Shown here: piece after piece, positions 41,951-55,424 of the stretch | Layout: every line of letters starts with the position of its first letter | Position numbering within the stretch: position 1 is the first letter of the stretch | Notes under the pieces: model-generated | Seen by the model: the letters and a program-made list of their open reading frames with translations, nothing else | Databases searched by the model: none | What the model was told of the DNA's origin: nothing | Program-made: the position numbers and the translations under genes | Sequence record: OQ703618.1 | Direction: 5' to 3' (one strand) | DNA from: Escherichia phage GADS24 | DNA length: 64,000 nt

Positions 41951-42175
41951 TCAGTGTACAGTATTTACTTTAACTCGAACAACAAATCGCTCGGTCGGTT
42001 CACCTACAGGAACAAACTCTACATGATATTCGCCTTTGTAACGAGTATTCAGATCATTACGAATTCCTGCGAGTTTGTTGATTAATGTAGGACTCATATT
42101 AAGTCCCACTAATTTACGAAGCATTTTGTATGCTTCATCTTCGATTTCATGATGTTTATCGTACATAGTTTTCAT
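41951..42175 (-). CDS. Hypothetical protein
   Basis: 74-aa ORF. Confidence 0.5.
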   Translation of the reverse strand: MKTMYDKHHEIEDEAYKMLRKLVGLNMSPTLINKLAGIRNDLNTRYKGEYHVEFVPVGEPTERFVVRVKVNTVH

Positions 42176-42346
42176 TTAACCATTCAATTGCCTGGTCGAC
42201 GTTATCAAATATACCGCCGTCCAACCATTCTTCATGTTCATAGTCCAGCACATCAATACCGAACCGTCCATTTACTAAAGGCCATACTACAAACAAATAT
42301 TCTTTATGCTGTTCGATGACCTCAATCACTTCATATAATCGTTTCA

Positions 42347-42347
<1 letters not shown>
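42156..42347 (-). CDS. Hypothetical protein
   Basis: 63-aa acidic ORF overlapping the pseT stop. Confidence 0.45.
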
Positions 42348-43433
<1,086 letters not shown>

Positions 43434-43434
<1 letters not shown>

Positions 43435-43733
43435 TATTTTATTCCTAAGAAAGTTTCAAGAATACGAATGTTATGCTCGCGCCGGTCTTTATTAATTTCA
43501 GCAACGTTTTTATTAATTGACTTACTTCTAACGTTTGAAGAAATAAATTTAATCATATGACTTTTGAGTTGTTGCAAATCCAACCCTTTTTCTTTAGCAG
43601 CTTTACGAAGAGCTTTACCAGCTTCATCTAGTGCCTTTGCTGCATCTTTGTCATAATTGGCAAGTGACATTCCACGGCAGATATCAATATACTCATCAGA
43701 CCGTTTGATGTAATTCTCTAGTAATGTTTTCAT
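43434..43733 (-). CDS. Hypothetical protein
   Basis: 99-aa ORF with an early-promoter-like element upstream. Confidence 0.5.
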
Positions 43734-43761
43734 TTAGATTTCCTCAATTATCCATAGGAGC

Positions 43762-43791
43762 ATTATACTCTGCTCCCGAGAGTTTGTAAAC
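43762..43791 (-). promoter_or_regulatory. Early-type promoter (family member)
   Basis: GTTTAC, 17 nt, GTATAAT. Confidence 0.55.
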
Positions 43792-44015
43792 TATTTTACT
43801 AAAGATTCAATATACTCATGAAGAGCTTTAGTCGCTACTGCCCACTTATTCTGATATTCATTTTTCAGATTAGCACGAGACTGAACTAACAAGCGGTCAT
43901 TAGTCGGAGGCAAAGATTCTAATCGTTGAATCTGTCGCCCGTAAATCATGGCCGCCATTTCAGATTCATAGATAAGCCCTTTAATGTATTCATGCTGTTC
44001 TTTAGTCATTGGCAT
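43791..44015 (-). CDS. Hypothetical protein
   Basis: 74-aa ORF. Confidence 0.5.
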   Translation of the reverse strand: MPMTKEQHEYIKGLIYESEMAAMIYGRQIQRLESLPPTNDRLLVQSRANLKNEYQNKWAVATKALHEYIESLVK

Positions 44016-44296
44016 TTTTCCTCTTTTAAACCACTACGATAATAACATAACATAGTCTTCTGGTCATGTACATATCTTTTTACGTCGTTTAACCAGATAC
44101 GAAATTCTTGAGAGTCTTCAAACGGCATTCCAACCCACGGATTACCATCAATAACCTTTACTTGCCATTTCTGGTTATATTCAACAATAGATTCAGGCCA
44201 TGGTGGATGTAAAGTTTCTTTAGGGCTTAAGGGCACATCCTGGGCACATCCGGCTAAAATGCCAATAGATAATACAACTGTGGTTAATTTAATCAT
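44006..44296 (-). CDS. pseT.2: Outer-membrane spanin lipoprotein (o-spanin)
   Basis: 96 aa; signal peptide with lipobox LAGC; sits directly downstream of the i-spanin-like gene. Confidence 0.65.
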   Translation of the reverse strand: MIKLTTVVLSIGILAGCAQDVPLSPKETLHPPWPESIVEYNQKWQVKVIDGNPWVGMPFEDSQEFRIWLNDVKRYVHDQKTMLCYYRSGLKEEKCQ

Positions 44297-44649
44297 TCTG
44301 AGAGCTTCCTGAGGTCTTCTGCAAAGGAATCGAAGGACCTGTTGATTTGTTTTTCGACCAATCCTGGTTTACTTGCCACCACGTTCTTCTTCTTCGAATC
44401 CTTACGGAGCTTTTCATTTTCGGCCTTAAGTTGGTCAACTAAAACACGGTTCTTATAAGTCATTTCTTCGATTGACTGATATTGAGCCTTGAAGTCGTCT
44501 AATACTTTAGCATTGTTTTTAGCGGTCTCTTTGACAGAAGCTAATTCAGTATTCAACGAATCAATTTTGTTGTTTAAGACAACTATTGTTACCGTAGAAA
44601 CTAGAGCAAAAGCTGCTACTATAGCATAAATCGGATTTACTTTAAGCAT
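44293..44649 (-). CDS. pseT.3: Inner-membrane spanin (i-spanin)
   Basis: 118 aa; N-terminal transmembrane helix followed by coiled-coil-like periplasmic domain. Confidence 0.65.
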   Translation of the reverse strand: MLKVNPIYAIVAAFALVSTVTIVVLNNKIDSLNTELASVKETAKNNAKVLDDFKAQYQSIEEMTYKNRVLVDQLKAENEKLRKDSKKKNVVASKPGLVEKQINRSFDSFAEDLRKLSE

Positions 44650-45137
44650 GTTTTAATAATCTCAATGATTTCGTCTCGGGATAATCCGTTGATAAGAACG
44701 GTTTTCGGACCATCACACTGGATTTTGTACGATTCAAACAATACACACAACTCTTCTGCTGTATGATAAGGACTTGAGATTCCGAGGCGGTTGAATTTGT
44801 CGGTAAGAGGGTCGCAAATAATGTAGAATTTTATACCTGCGATATGTACGTTTGGTTGACTAATATTAATGAACACATTAGCGTCATATTTAGTCAAATT
44901 GTTTTGAAGAAATTCTACCATGGTGTTAACTGCTTCTGGCATCGCTTCGCGTTTCTCTTCAGCGTATCGGGTGGAATATTCCTTTTGCTTTAACTTCTTT
45001 TTAGCATTTTTCGCTAGAGTAGTACGAAGGTCAGTAAGATAACCAACTGCACGGCCTTTCTTAAAGACCCGGATTCCATCTGTAGAATCACCAAATGCTG
45101 CCACAACCATATCGTTAGTAATCAATTGCATATTCAT
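44637..45137 (-). CDS. alc: Alc-like protein (host transcription unfolding), assigned by position
   Basis: 166 aa from the internal Met that follows an early-promoter-like element and GAGGAGA ribosome-binding site; lies between spanin and rnlA as alc does in T4. Confidence 0.6.
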   Translation of the reverse strand: MNMQLITNDMVVAAFGDSTDGIRVFKKGRAVGYLTDLRTTLAKNAKKKLKQKEYSTRYAEEKREAMPEAVNTMVEFLQNNLTKYDANVFINISQPNVHIAGIKFYIICDPLTDKFNRLGISSPYHTAEELCVLFESYKIQCDGPKTVLINGLSRDEIIEIIKTCLK

Positions 45138-45167
45138 AATTTTCTCCTCGTGTTGTTGATAAAAGCC

Positions 45168-45198
45168 ATAGTAACACCTTCCTTGGTGTTTGTAAACC
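45168..45198 (-). promoter_or_regulatory. Early-type promoter upstream of alc
   Basis: GTTTAC / TGTTACTAT with GAGGAGAAA ribosome-binding site. Confidence 0.55.
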
Positions 45199-45199
45199 A

Positions 45200-46333
<1,134 letters not shown>

Positions 46334-46380
46334 TCAGTTAGTTTTTTTAAATTGTACCACAATCCTTGTGGTATGTAAAA

Positions 46381-46791
46381 CTACTTTTTCTTATGTTGGA
46401 TATTCCAAGGCGGGTTGAACTTTTTGATAAAAAGCGGTTCTTCAAGGTCCATTGTTGCGATGGTCATTGAACCAAGTTCGTTGGTGACTGAAAGGTCAAA
46501 ACATTGGCGGGCCCAGAATTCAACCTTTTTGCCTTGCATTAAGGCATCCAAAATCATAAGAGATTTTCTTGAATCTGAAGTCTGGTCTTTTCGATTTATA
46601 GCTGTTCGATAATAGTTAATGCGTTTCTTTAAATTCTTGGTTTTACCAATATACACAAGTTCGTCATCTATAGCAATAGCGTATATGACATTTTTCTTAT
46701 TAGGGACATCAACTGTTTTAATTGTTGCATCTTCTAATAGCTCCAATTCTGTATATTTAATAAAGGAATATTCGGCGGCAATATCTTTCAT
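46381..46791 (-). CDS. denA: Endonuclease II
   Basis: 136 aa, closely matching my recollection of T4 DenA throughout (VIYAIAI-DELVYIGKTKNL-KRINYY). Confidence 0.9.
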   Translation of the reverse strand: MKDIAAEYSFIKYTELELLEDATIKTVDVPNKKNVIYAIAIDDELVYIGKTKNLKKRINYYRTAINRKDQTSDSRKSLMILDALMQGKKVEFWARQCFDLSVTNELGSMTIATMDLEEPLFIKKFNPPWNIQHKKK

Positions 46792-46799
46792 AATAAAGT

Positions 46800-46813
46800 G
46801 GGACCGAAGTCCC
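46800..46813 (-). terminator. Hairpin GGGAC-CGAA-GUCCC between nrdB and denA
   Basis: 5-bp stem with tetraloop. Confidence 0.5.
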
Positions 46814-46817
46814 GTCC

Positions 46818-47996
46818 TTAGAAATATTTTTTGTATGAATTGATTACATTTTGGTCTACATCATTATCAATTTGTGCGACAAGATAAGAACTGATTTCAA
46901 CTTCCTGAGGAGCTGCTTGAACTAAATCAGAGTTCAGATATTCACGAATCCAAGGATACGGATGCTTGGACGGAGCATCAGTGATTGGGCATGGCAAACC
47001 GCACTGTTTCATACGAGACACAGTCAAGTAATCAACAAAAGCACACATACTCTGCGTATTGATACCTGGACATGTACCATCTTTAAAGAGGTGTGCAGCC
47101 CATTCCTTCTCTTGACTATTTACTTCCATAAAAATGTCAACTGCTTCTTGTTCACATTCTTTAGCAATTTGAACCCACTCATCACCGTCGGTACCAGATT
47201 GAAGTTGACGGATAATGTACTGAGTACCCTTGAGATGGAGTTGTTCGTCACGAGCAATGAACTTCATAATCTTTGCATTACCTTCCATAATTTCCATATT
47301 TTTATGGAAGTTGAAAGTACATGCAAATGATACGTAAAAACGAATAGCTTCTAAGGCGTTGATAACATGCAAACAGAGATAAAGAGACTTCATTAGGTCA
47401 TGTTTACATTCTTCCATGTGCATAAGACTATTTGAATACGCATCTAAATCATATTCATTTTCGGAAAAACATTTAAAAATTTCTTTAGCATTTTCCCATT
47501 CACGGGTTTTAATCAGAACGTCATCATAATAACGTCCAATGGATTCAGCTCGTTTCATGATTGCTTCGTCTAATACAATCTCATCAAATACTTTGGATGG
47601 ATCGGTATAAAGATTTCGCATAATATGAGTGTACGAACGAGAGTGAATAGTTTCACTGAATGTCCATGTTGCAACCCACGTATCTAATGAAGGGTCAGAA
47701 ATCAGTGCCATAAGTACCGCAGATGGGGCCCTGCCTTGGATAGAATCCAATAATGATTGATACTTAAGATTGTTTGTAAAGATGTCCTGTTGGAACTGAG
47801 GAAGCTTATTGAACTGCGCAGAGTCCAACATCAAGTTTACCTCTTCTGGGCGCCAGAAAAACGACAATTGCTTTTCAATAAGTTCTTCAAAAACTTTATG
47901 TCGCTGAATATCATAACGTGCGAGGCCAAGACCAGAACCAAAGAACATCGGTTCATTCAAAACATCGACTTGTTGCGTGTTAAAAACTGTACTCAT
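46818..47996 (-). CDS. nrdB: Ribonucleotide reductase beta subunit (uninterrupted)
   Basis: 392-aa continuous ORF; no intron interrupts the frame. Confidence 0.95.
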   Translation of the reverse strand: MSTVFNTQQVDVLNEPMFFGSGLGLARYDIQRHKVFEELIEKQLSFFWRPEEVNLMLDSAQFNKLPQFQQDIFTNNLKYQSLLDSIQGRAPSAVLMALISDPSLDTWVATWTFSETIHSRSYTHIMRNLYTDPSKVFDEIVLDEAIMKRAESIGRYYDDVLIKTREWENAKEIFKCFSENEYDLDAYSNSLMHMEECKHDLMKSLYLCLHVINALEAIRFYVSFACTFNFHKNMEIMEGNAKIMKFIARDEQLHLKGTQYIIRQLQSGTDGDEWVQIAKECEQEAVDIFMEVNSQEKEWAAHLFKDGTCPGINTQSMCAFVDYLTVSRMKQCGLPCPITDAPSKHPYPWIREYLNSDLVQAAPQEVEISSYLVAQIDNDVDQNVINSYKKYF

Positions 47997-48051
47997 TATA
48001 TTTTCTCACTTAGTTATTAACTCATCCATGAGTAAATTATAATCAAAAGTC

Positions 48052-50307
48052 TTAAAGCTTACAAGCAGAACAATCTTCAGCTTTAGGTGTTTCTAATTCA
48101 TAGTCATCTGTACCTGACCCATCACGAGTGTTATGATAGTAGAGGTTTTTTCCGCCAAAGTACCAGAAGTAAAGCAGATCGTCAAGCATTACCGACATTG
48201 GCACTTTACCTTTCTCAAATACTGCAGGGTCATAGTAAGTATTAGCAGAAGCAGATTGGCACACCCATTTCAACATGATAGCAACTTGGGTCAAATAAGG
48301 TTTATTACCTTTCTTAGCAAGTTTCCACGCGTAGTCGTAAAGATTCATGTTATGTTCGATATTAGGAACAACCTGACGGAAGTTGCCTTCTTTAGATTCT
48401 TTAATACTCACTGGACCACGCGGCGGTTCAATCCCGTTTGTAGAGTTTGATACTTGACTGCTTGACTCACAAGGCATGAGTGCAGACAACGTTGAGTTAC
48501 GAATTCCATGTTCTTTGAGTTCAGCTCGAAGTTCTTCCCAATCACATACGTAGTTCGGGGCTGCGATTTGGTCAATCTTTTTATTGTACCAGTCGATAGG
48601 TAATTCGCCTCTAGACCATTTAGTGTCTGAATAATACTCGCAACATCCTTTTTCTTTGGCGAGTTTGATTGAAGCTTTGATAAGGCCATATTGCAATCTC
48701 TCAAACAATTCATGAGTCAAATCGTTAGCGTCTTCATATGAAGCGAAGTTAGAAGCTAACCATGCAGCATAGTTCGTAACACCAACACCAAGATTACGAC
48801 GCTTTTTGGCTTTTAAAGCTTCTGGAACCGGATAATCTTGATAGTCTAACAGATTATCAAGTGCACGTACTTGTACTTCAGCAAGTTCATTAATTTTATC
48901 TTGATCTTGCCAATCAAATTTATCTAATACAAAAGCAGATAATGTGCATAAACCAATTTCAGCATCAGGACCATTCACATCATTAGTTGGAATAGCGATT
49001 TCACAACATAAGTTACTCTGACGAATTGGAGCTTTTTCACGAATAAACGGAGTGTAGTTATTCGTGTTATCAACAAACTGTGGATAAATTCGAGCAGTAC
49101 CAGAACGTTCAGTCATGAACAATTCAAAGAGTTCTAGTGCTTTGATTCTTTTCTTTCTGATTGTTGGGTCTTTTTCAGCTTTCTCATAAAGCTCACGGAA
49201 TTTATTTTGATCTTCAAAGAACGAGTAGTATAGTTCGCCTGACATTTCGTGAGGGCTAAATAAAGTAATATAATCATTTTTACCAAGGCGTTCCATCATA
49301 AGGTCATTAATCTGAATTCCGTAGTCCATATGACGAATACGGTTTTCATCCACGCCTTTGTTATTTTTCAGAACTAATAGGTTCTCTACTTCTAAGTGCC
49401 ACATCGGATAATACGCTGTAGCAGCACCACCACGAATACCACCTTGAGAACAAGATTTTACTGCAGTTTGGAAATGTTTCCAGAATGGAATAACACCTGT
49501 ATGTCGAACTTCACCCATACCGATCTTAGAACCTTCTGCACGAAGCATACCAACGTTGATACCGATACCAGCTCGTTTAGAAATATATTCAATAATTGAT
49601 GCTGAAGTTTTGTTAATAGATTTTAACGAATCACCGGCTTCAATAACTACACAACTAGAGAACTGGCGAGTCGGAGTACGAGCACCTGCCATAATTGGGG
49701 TAGGCAACGAAACTTGATGAGTAGAAACGGCATCATAAAAACGAATAATATGTTTCAAACGGTCATGAGTTTCGTCTTGATGTAAGGCCATGCCGATAGC
49801 CATGATAGCAAACTGAGGAGTTTCATAAATCTTCCCAGTTGTTTTATCTTTAACTAGATATTTTTCTTTAAGCTGCATAGCACCAGCATAAGTCAGGTCA
49901 AAATCTCGCTCGTGTTTAATCCGAGAATCAAGATAAATGATTTCTTCCGCAGAATATCTAGACAACAACTCAGGATCGTATTTGCCTTCATTAACACAAT
50001 ACGAGATATGGTCGATAAAAGCAGGAGGTTCAAACTGCCCGTATACATCTTTACGAAGTGCAAACATTAGCCCTTTGGCGGCGACATACTGATAATCAGG
50101 TTCTTCGACAGAAATCGAGTTAGCTGCAACTTTAATACAAATCTTCTGAATATCTTTGGTGCTCATCCCGTCAACAAGATGGGTCTTAATTTCTTCGTAC
50201 AATTCGTATGGGTCAATTTGTGTTCCTTCACATTGCCAAGTTAAGACTTGAATAATTTTCTGTGCATCAAAATTTTGGGATACACCACTGCTCTTAGTTA
50301 CTTGCAT
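48052..50307 (-). CDS. nrdA: Ribonucleotide reductase alpha subunit
   Basis: 751 aa, closely matching my recollection of T4 NrdA. Confidence 0.95.
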   Translation of the reverse strand: MQVTKSSGVSQNFDAQKIIQVLTWQCEGTQIDPYELYEEIKTHLVDGMSTKDIQKICIKVAANSISVEEPDYQYVAAKGLMFALRKDVYGQFEPPAFIDHISYCVNEGKYDPELLSRYSAEEIIYLDSRIKHERDFDLTYAGAMQLKEKYLVKDKTTGKIYETPQFAIMAIGMALHQDETHDRLKHIIRFYDAVSTHQVSLPTPIMAGARTPTRQFSSCVVIEAGDSLKSINKTSASIIEYISKRAGIGINVGMLRAEGSKIGMGEVRHTGVIPFWKHFQTAVKSCSQGGIRGGAATAYYPMWHLEVENLLVLKNNKGVDENRIRHMDYGIQINDLMMERLGKNDYITLFSPHEMSGELYYSFFEDQNKFRELYEKAEKDPTIRKKRIKALELFELFMTERSGTARIYPQFVDNTNNYTPFIREKAPIRQSNLCCEIAIPTNDVNGPDAEIGLCTLSAFVLDKFDWQDQDKINELAEVQVRALDNLLDYQDYPVPEALKAKKRRNLGVGVTNYAAWLASNFASYEDANDLTHELFERLQYGLIKASIKLAKEKGCCEYYSDTKWSRGELPIDWYNKKIDQIAAPNYVCDWEELRAELKEHGIRNSTLSALMPCESSSQVSNSTNGIEPPRGPVSIKESKEGNFRQVVPNIEHNMNLYDYAWKLAKKGNKPYLTQVAIMLKWVCQSASANTYYDPAVFEKGKVPMSVMLDDLLYFWYFGGKNLYYHNTRDGSGTDDYELETPKAEDCSACKL

Positions 50308-50394
50308 ATATTCCTCAGTATAGGTTGATAGACATTACTCCAAACGGGATAGTATTTATCCCGTTAATTTATTATACACTTTTAAACTGAAGCG

Positions 50395-50649
50395 TTAATT
50401 ATCCTCAGCAATAATTTCTTCGTATTCTTTAGGTGTCAAGACTGTGATATTGAAATAAACCAATGGTTCTTTTTCCATACCGTAACCACCACAAAATTCA
50501 CGATAGTCATAAATCCGTTCATGCGAATAGCAAATGAATCGTTCACCTTTAACTGTGATTTCACTATTCGGTGAAGGGATATCCAGTTCACTAGGATTTT
50601 TCATTTCAAAAATTGTGGTGCCATATGAATTAATAAAACGTAAAATCAT
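50395..50649 (-). CDS. Hypothetical protein (nrdA.1 position)
   Basis: 84-aa ORF between td and nrdA. Confidence 0.55.
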   Translation of the reverse strand: MILRFINSYGTTIFEMKNPSELDIPSPNSEITVKGERFICYSHERIYDYREFCGGYGMEKEPLVYFNITVLTPKEYEEIIAEDN

Positions 50650-50650
50650 T

Positions 50651-52336
<1,686 letters not shown>

Positions 52337-52338
52337 AA

Positions 52339-52587
52339 TTATTTCCTCAGATTTTTCTTAACAACTTTCCAATCAGCTTTAAACTGTTCAACATCAGAAT
52401 GGTAAATCCAGAATCCTGCGCTTTCTCCATCTTCGTAGAGCGGACATCCATCACATTCTTCGTTCCAACCCATTTCACGCAAAAGACGTTCAGCTTTTTC
52501 AACAAGTTCAGAATCTTTACCGATGATATTAAAATACCATTTACCTCTAACTTCTGAATCTTTAATGCTCTGGCGTTGCAATCTCAT
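52339..52587 (-). CDS. Hypothetical protein (frd.2 position)
   Basis: 82-aa ORF with an early-promoter-like element upstream. Confidence 0.55.
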   Translation of the reverse strand: MRLQRQSIKDSEVRGKWYFNIIGKDSELVEKAERLLREMGWNEECDGCPLYEDGESAGFWIYHSDVEQFKADWKVVKKNLRK

Positions 52588-52614
52588 TTTATTCTCCTCA
52601 GTAGTTGATAGGGT

Positions 52615-52646
52615 AATAGTATCACACTACTACCCTTCTGTAAACT
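52615..52646 (-). promoter_or_regulatory. Early-type promoter (family member)
   Basis: GTTTAC / TGATACTATT with GAGGAGAA ribosome-binding site. Confidence 0.55.
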
Positions 52647-53037
52647 ACTTTTTGAAAGTTTTTTGCAAAAGTTCGATGACTTCGTCGACGTTGGTTTCAT
52701 CTACGATACAATGGATTTTTGTTACACCTAAAGTTATACCTTCGTTAGTAGGTTGAGGCTTTACTAAATCTACCTCAGTAAAGTATTTGAACTCGTCAGG
52801 ATAAATCTCAAAATAAGTTTCAATTTCGCCGCCGGCAGAACATACAGTACCATCTTCCATAGTTACACTTACTACGTTTGACGTATCGCTATCATAATCA
52901 GGTTCCATTCCGTTTACAACAAAACTAGGCCCGTGGAGTTCAATCAATTTTAACATCTTAGCGTTATTGTGTGGTGCTTCTTGAACAAAGACGTCTTTAA
53001 ATAAAGGATTAATGATATAAGATTTTCCGATTTTCAT
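52645..53037 (-). CDS. Hypothetical protein (frd.3 position)
   Basis: 130-aa ORF with an early-promoter-like element upstream. Confidence 0.55.
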   Translation of the reverse strand: MKIGKSYIINPLFKDVFVQEAPHNNAKMLKLIELHGPSFVVNGMEPDYDSDTSNVVSVTMEDGTVCSAGGEIETYFEIYPDEFKYFTEVDLVKPQPTNEGITLGVTKIHCIVDETNVDEVIELLQKTFKK

Positions 53038-53063
53038 TTTGATTTCCTCATGTTGTTGATAGA

Positions 53064-53095
53064 ACTATAATATCACATCTAGTGAAGAAGTAAAC
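53064..53095 (-). promoter_or_regulatory. Early-type promoter (family member)
   Basis: GTTTAC / TGATATTATAG with GAGGAAA ribosome-binding site. Confidence 0.55.
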
Positions 53096-53126
53096 AACTT
53101 TTTTGGCAATTTACAGATACTCAAAA

Positions 53127-53144
53127 GGGAGACCGAAGTCTCCC
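53127..53144 (-). terminator. Hairpin GGGAGAC-CGAA-GUCUCCC downstream of gene 32
   Basis: Identical 18-mer family member. Confidence 0.6.
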
Positions 53145-53150
53145 GATTTA

Positions 53151-54053
53151 TTATAGACCAGCTAACAGGTCATCTAGGTCGCCATCATCAGAGGATGAGG
53201 TAGAGCTCATGAAGTCATCTTCAGTTTTTGCAGAACTAAAGGCTTCCATGTCTTTATCAAAATCGTCAAGGTCAGAAGCAACTTTATCTGCAACAGAAGC
53301 TGCTGCGGCTGCTGCACCGCCCAGAGCGGCAGTACCAAGAACCTTAGCGAAAGATTCATTTAATTTTTCAAAGGATTTGAACTGGTCTTTAGCCGTCAAA
53401 GTAGTAAGGTCTACCATCTGGTCATATAGTTCTTTCTGGAATGCTTCGTCATTAATACGAGGAATTTCAGATTGACCCAAGAATTTAGATTCGTCATAGT
53501 TGCTAAAACCAGAAACCTGCTTAGCTTTCAGAACGAAGTTAGCACCTTCAAACGGGCAAGTAACATCAACCGGAGTTTCACCCATTTCGGTATCAACTGC
53601 AATCATTGCATTGATTTTGTCCCAAATCTTTTTACCGAAACGATATTTAAATACTTTACCTTCATTATCTGGAGCTTGAGGGTCTTTAACAACCAGAATA
53701 TTAGCCCAATAAGAAGTTTTACGTTTCAGTTGAGAATATTCAGTTTTGTTGGTATTGTACAGGTCATTTTTACTAATGTACTGACATACAGGACAAGAGT
53801 CATAATCACCATGTGTAGAAGAGCAATTTTCAATATACCATTTACCATTTTTCTTGAAACCGTGGTTAACAAGAATTGCAAATGGTAGTGCATCATCAGT
53901 TTTTGCTGGCAAGAAACGAATTACCGCTTGACCATTACCGGATGCATCTAGCTTCAGCTTCCATTCGCCTTTATCTTCTGAAGAGAAACCTTTGTTACCA
54001 TTCAGTTTAGCCATTTGAGCAGCGAGGTCAGCAGTAGATTTACGTTTAAACAT
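53151..54053 (-). CDS. 32: Single-stranded DNA-binding protein
   Basis: 300 aa; zinc-site residues in [12 protein letters not shown]; acidic C-terminal tail. Confidence 0.95.
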   Translation of the reverse strand: MFKRKSTADLAAQMAKLNGNKGFSSEDKGEWKLKLDASGNGQAVIRFLPAKTDDALPFAILVNHGFKKNGKWYIENCSSTHGDYDSCPVCQYISKNDLYNTNKTEYSQLKRKTSYWANILVVKDPQAPDNEGKVFKYRFGKKIWDKINAMIAVDTEMGETPVDVTCPFEGANFVLKAKQVSGFSNYDESKFLGQSEIPRINDEAFQKELYDQMVDLTTLTAKDQFKSFEKLNESFAKVLGTAALGGAAAAAASVADKVASDLDDFDKDMEAFSSAKTEDDFMSSTSSSDDGDLDDLLAGL

Positions 54054-54125
54054 GGATTATTACCTTTATTTAGATTATTTAATTTATTTACAGTTGGTTG
54101 CTACGACACTTATACCTCGTAGCTG
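54054..54125 (-). promoter_or_regulatory. Gene 32 translational operator (structured element plus A/U-rich leader)
   Basis: Minus-strand leader has GCTACGAGG...GTAGC pairing followed by TAAATAAATTAAATAATCTAAATAAAGG before the ATG; gp32 is known to autoregulate through such a leader. Confidence 0.6.
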
Positions 54126-54133
54126 GTATGATT

Positions 54134-54141
54134 TATTTATA
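54134..54141 (-). promoter_or_regulatory. Late promoter TATAAATA for gene 32
   Basis: Plus-strand TATTTATA is TATAAATA on the minus strand, upstream of gene 32. Confidence 0.6.
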
Positions 54142-54170
54142 AAGTAATTTTAACACACAAGAAATAAAGC

Positions 54171-54824
54171 TTAATACTTACATGATTTGATTGTTTCTAT
54201 GAACAATTTCTTAGCAGCATTTCCATCGATTTGAAGTATTTTTCGATATGCCTTTAATTTGGTAGAATAATTTTGCCAGACTAAATTGTCAGTAAGTTCG
54301 TCGTGCTTATCTATAATATTCAAAAATGAGTCCAACAATAAGAAAGTCTCAAATGAAATTATATTGCTTTGTAGCAATTTGAATATGTAGCTCGACTGAA
54401 CGTTGTTATTATAATCAAATATCTCTTGAAGCGCACTAACTTCAACTTTCTTACTGAAATAATAGATGTTACGTACGTCTTCAGCAAACGTCTCCTTGGC
54501 TTGTTTGAGACGTCCAATATATTCCCTATAGAAAACTAATGCATCAGCGTCTGATATCTCACCAATCCATGCGTCTTGGTTAGCAACTAAGTTGCTTATG
54601 AATATCAAGGTGAGTTCCTTCAATTTATATTTCTCTGCTAGTTTTTCAAAGAAATATTTATCTCGGCGTTTTTGATACGCATTATCCGAAACACGCATGC
54701 ACCAGTTATATTTGATTACGTCATACCGACCATTAAAATGTTGTTTGCACATCAAGTATAGTTTGTATACCGATTTTCCGTTAATATAACGTTCTCCATC
54801 AGGAGGCATGCGTATTTTAATCAT
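54171..54824 (-). CDS. 59: Helicase loader gp59
   Basis: 217 aa, same length as T4 gp59, adjacent to gene 32. Confidence 0.85.
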   Translation of the reverse strand: MIKIRMPPDGERYINGKSVYKLYLMCKQHFNGRYDVIKYNWCMRVSDNAYQKRRDKYFFEKLAEKYKLKELTLIFISNLVANQDAWIGEISDADALVFYREYIGRLKQAKETFAEDVRNIYYFSKKVEVSALQEIFDYNNNVQSSYIFKLLQSNIISFETFLLLDSFLNIIDKHDELTDNLVWQNYSTKLKAYRKILQIDGNAAKKLFIETIKSCKY

Positions 54825-55159
54825 AATAAGAAATCTAACGTATTAGTTTTTTCACCACGAGCAACTGATGGACGAAGCATGTTTTCGTCAATTGCTTCGC
54901 TTGTAATTTTTTCAACAATTCCTGTAGGAATAAATTTAGCAAATTGTGTTTCTGGAATAGAATTTTCTTCCAAGAAAGCAGTTGTTGCTTCTAAATAAGA
55001 CATACCAAATTGTTCAACCATGGATTCGATAATGAATCCGTTTTCTTGACGGTCAAGCAATTTAGCGATATCATCTTTATCGTGTTTTACTGCTAATTCT
55101 TGTTCAGATAAACCGGCCTCATCGACCGGTTTAATATCACTTAGTGAAAACTGTGTCAT
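54821..55159 (-). CDS. 33: Late transcription co-activator gp33
   Basis: 112 aa, same length as T4 gp33. Confidence 0.8.
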   Translation of the reverse strand: MTQFSLSDIKPVDEAGLSEQELAVKHDKDDIAKLLDRQENGFIIESMVEQFGMSYLEATTAFLEENSIPETQFAKFIPTGIVEKITSEAIDENMLRPSVARGEKTNTLDFLL

Positions 55160-55424
55160 AAAGCTCGACTACCTCTTCGTTTTCAGCTTCAAATTGATCA
55201 CGAGCGTCTTTATGATAAAGAGCTAACAAACGATTAAACATTTTTCCATCAACGCCAAGCTCTTCTTTAGCACGAGTACGAATGTCTTTAATCAGTTCGT
55301 TATAACCAGAAATTTTAAGTTTGTTATCGGAAGCTTCCTTGACTAGTTTAGCCAGTTCTTCACCATGCACATCTTGATTAAATTCAACTGCTTCTTTCTT
55401 AGCCATGTTTACCTCAGAATTCAT
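55137..55424 (-). CDS. dsbA: DsbA double-stranded DNA-binding protein
   Basis: 95-aa ORF between rnh and 33. Confidence 0.75.
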   Translation of the reverse strand: MNSEVNMAKKEAVEFNQDVHGEELAKLVKEASDNKLKISGYNELIKDIRTRAKEELGVDGKMFNRLLALYHKDARDQFEAENEEVVELYDTVFTK

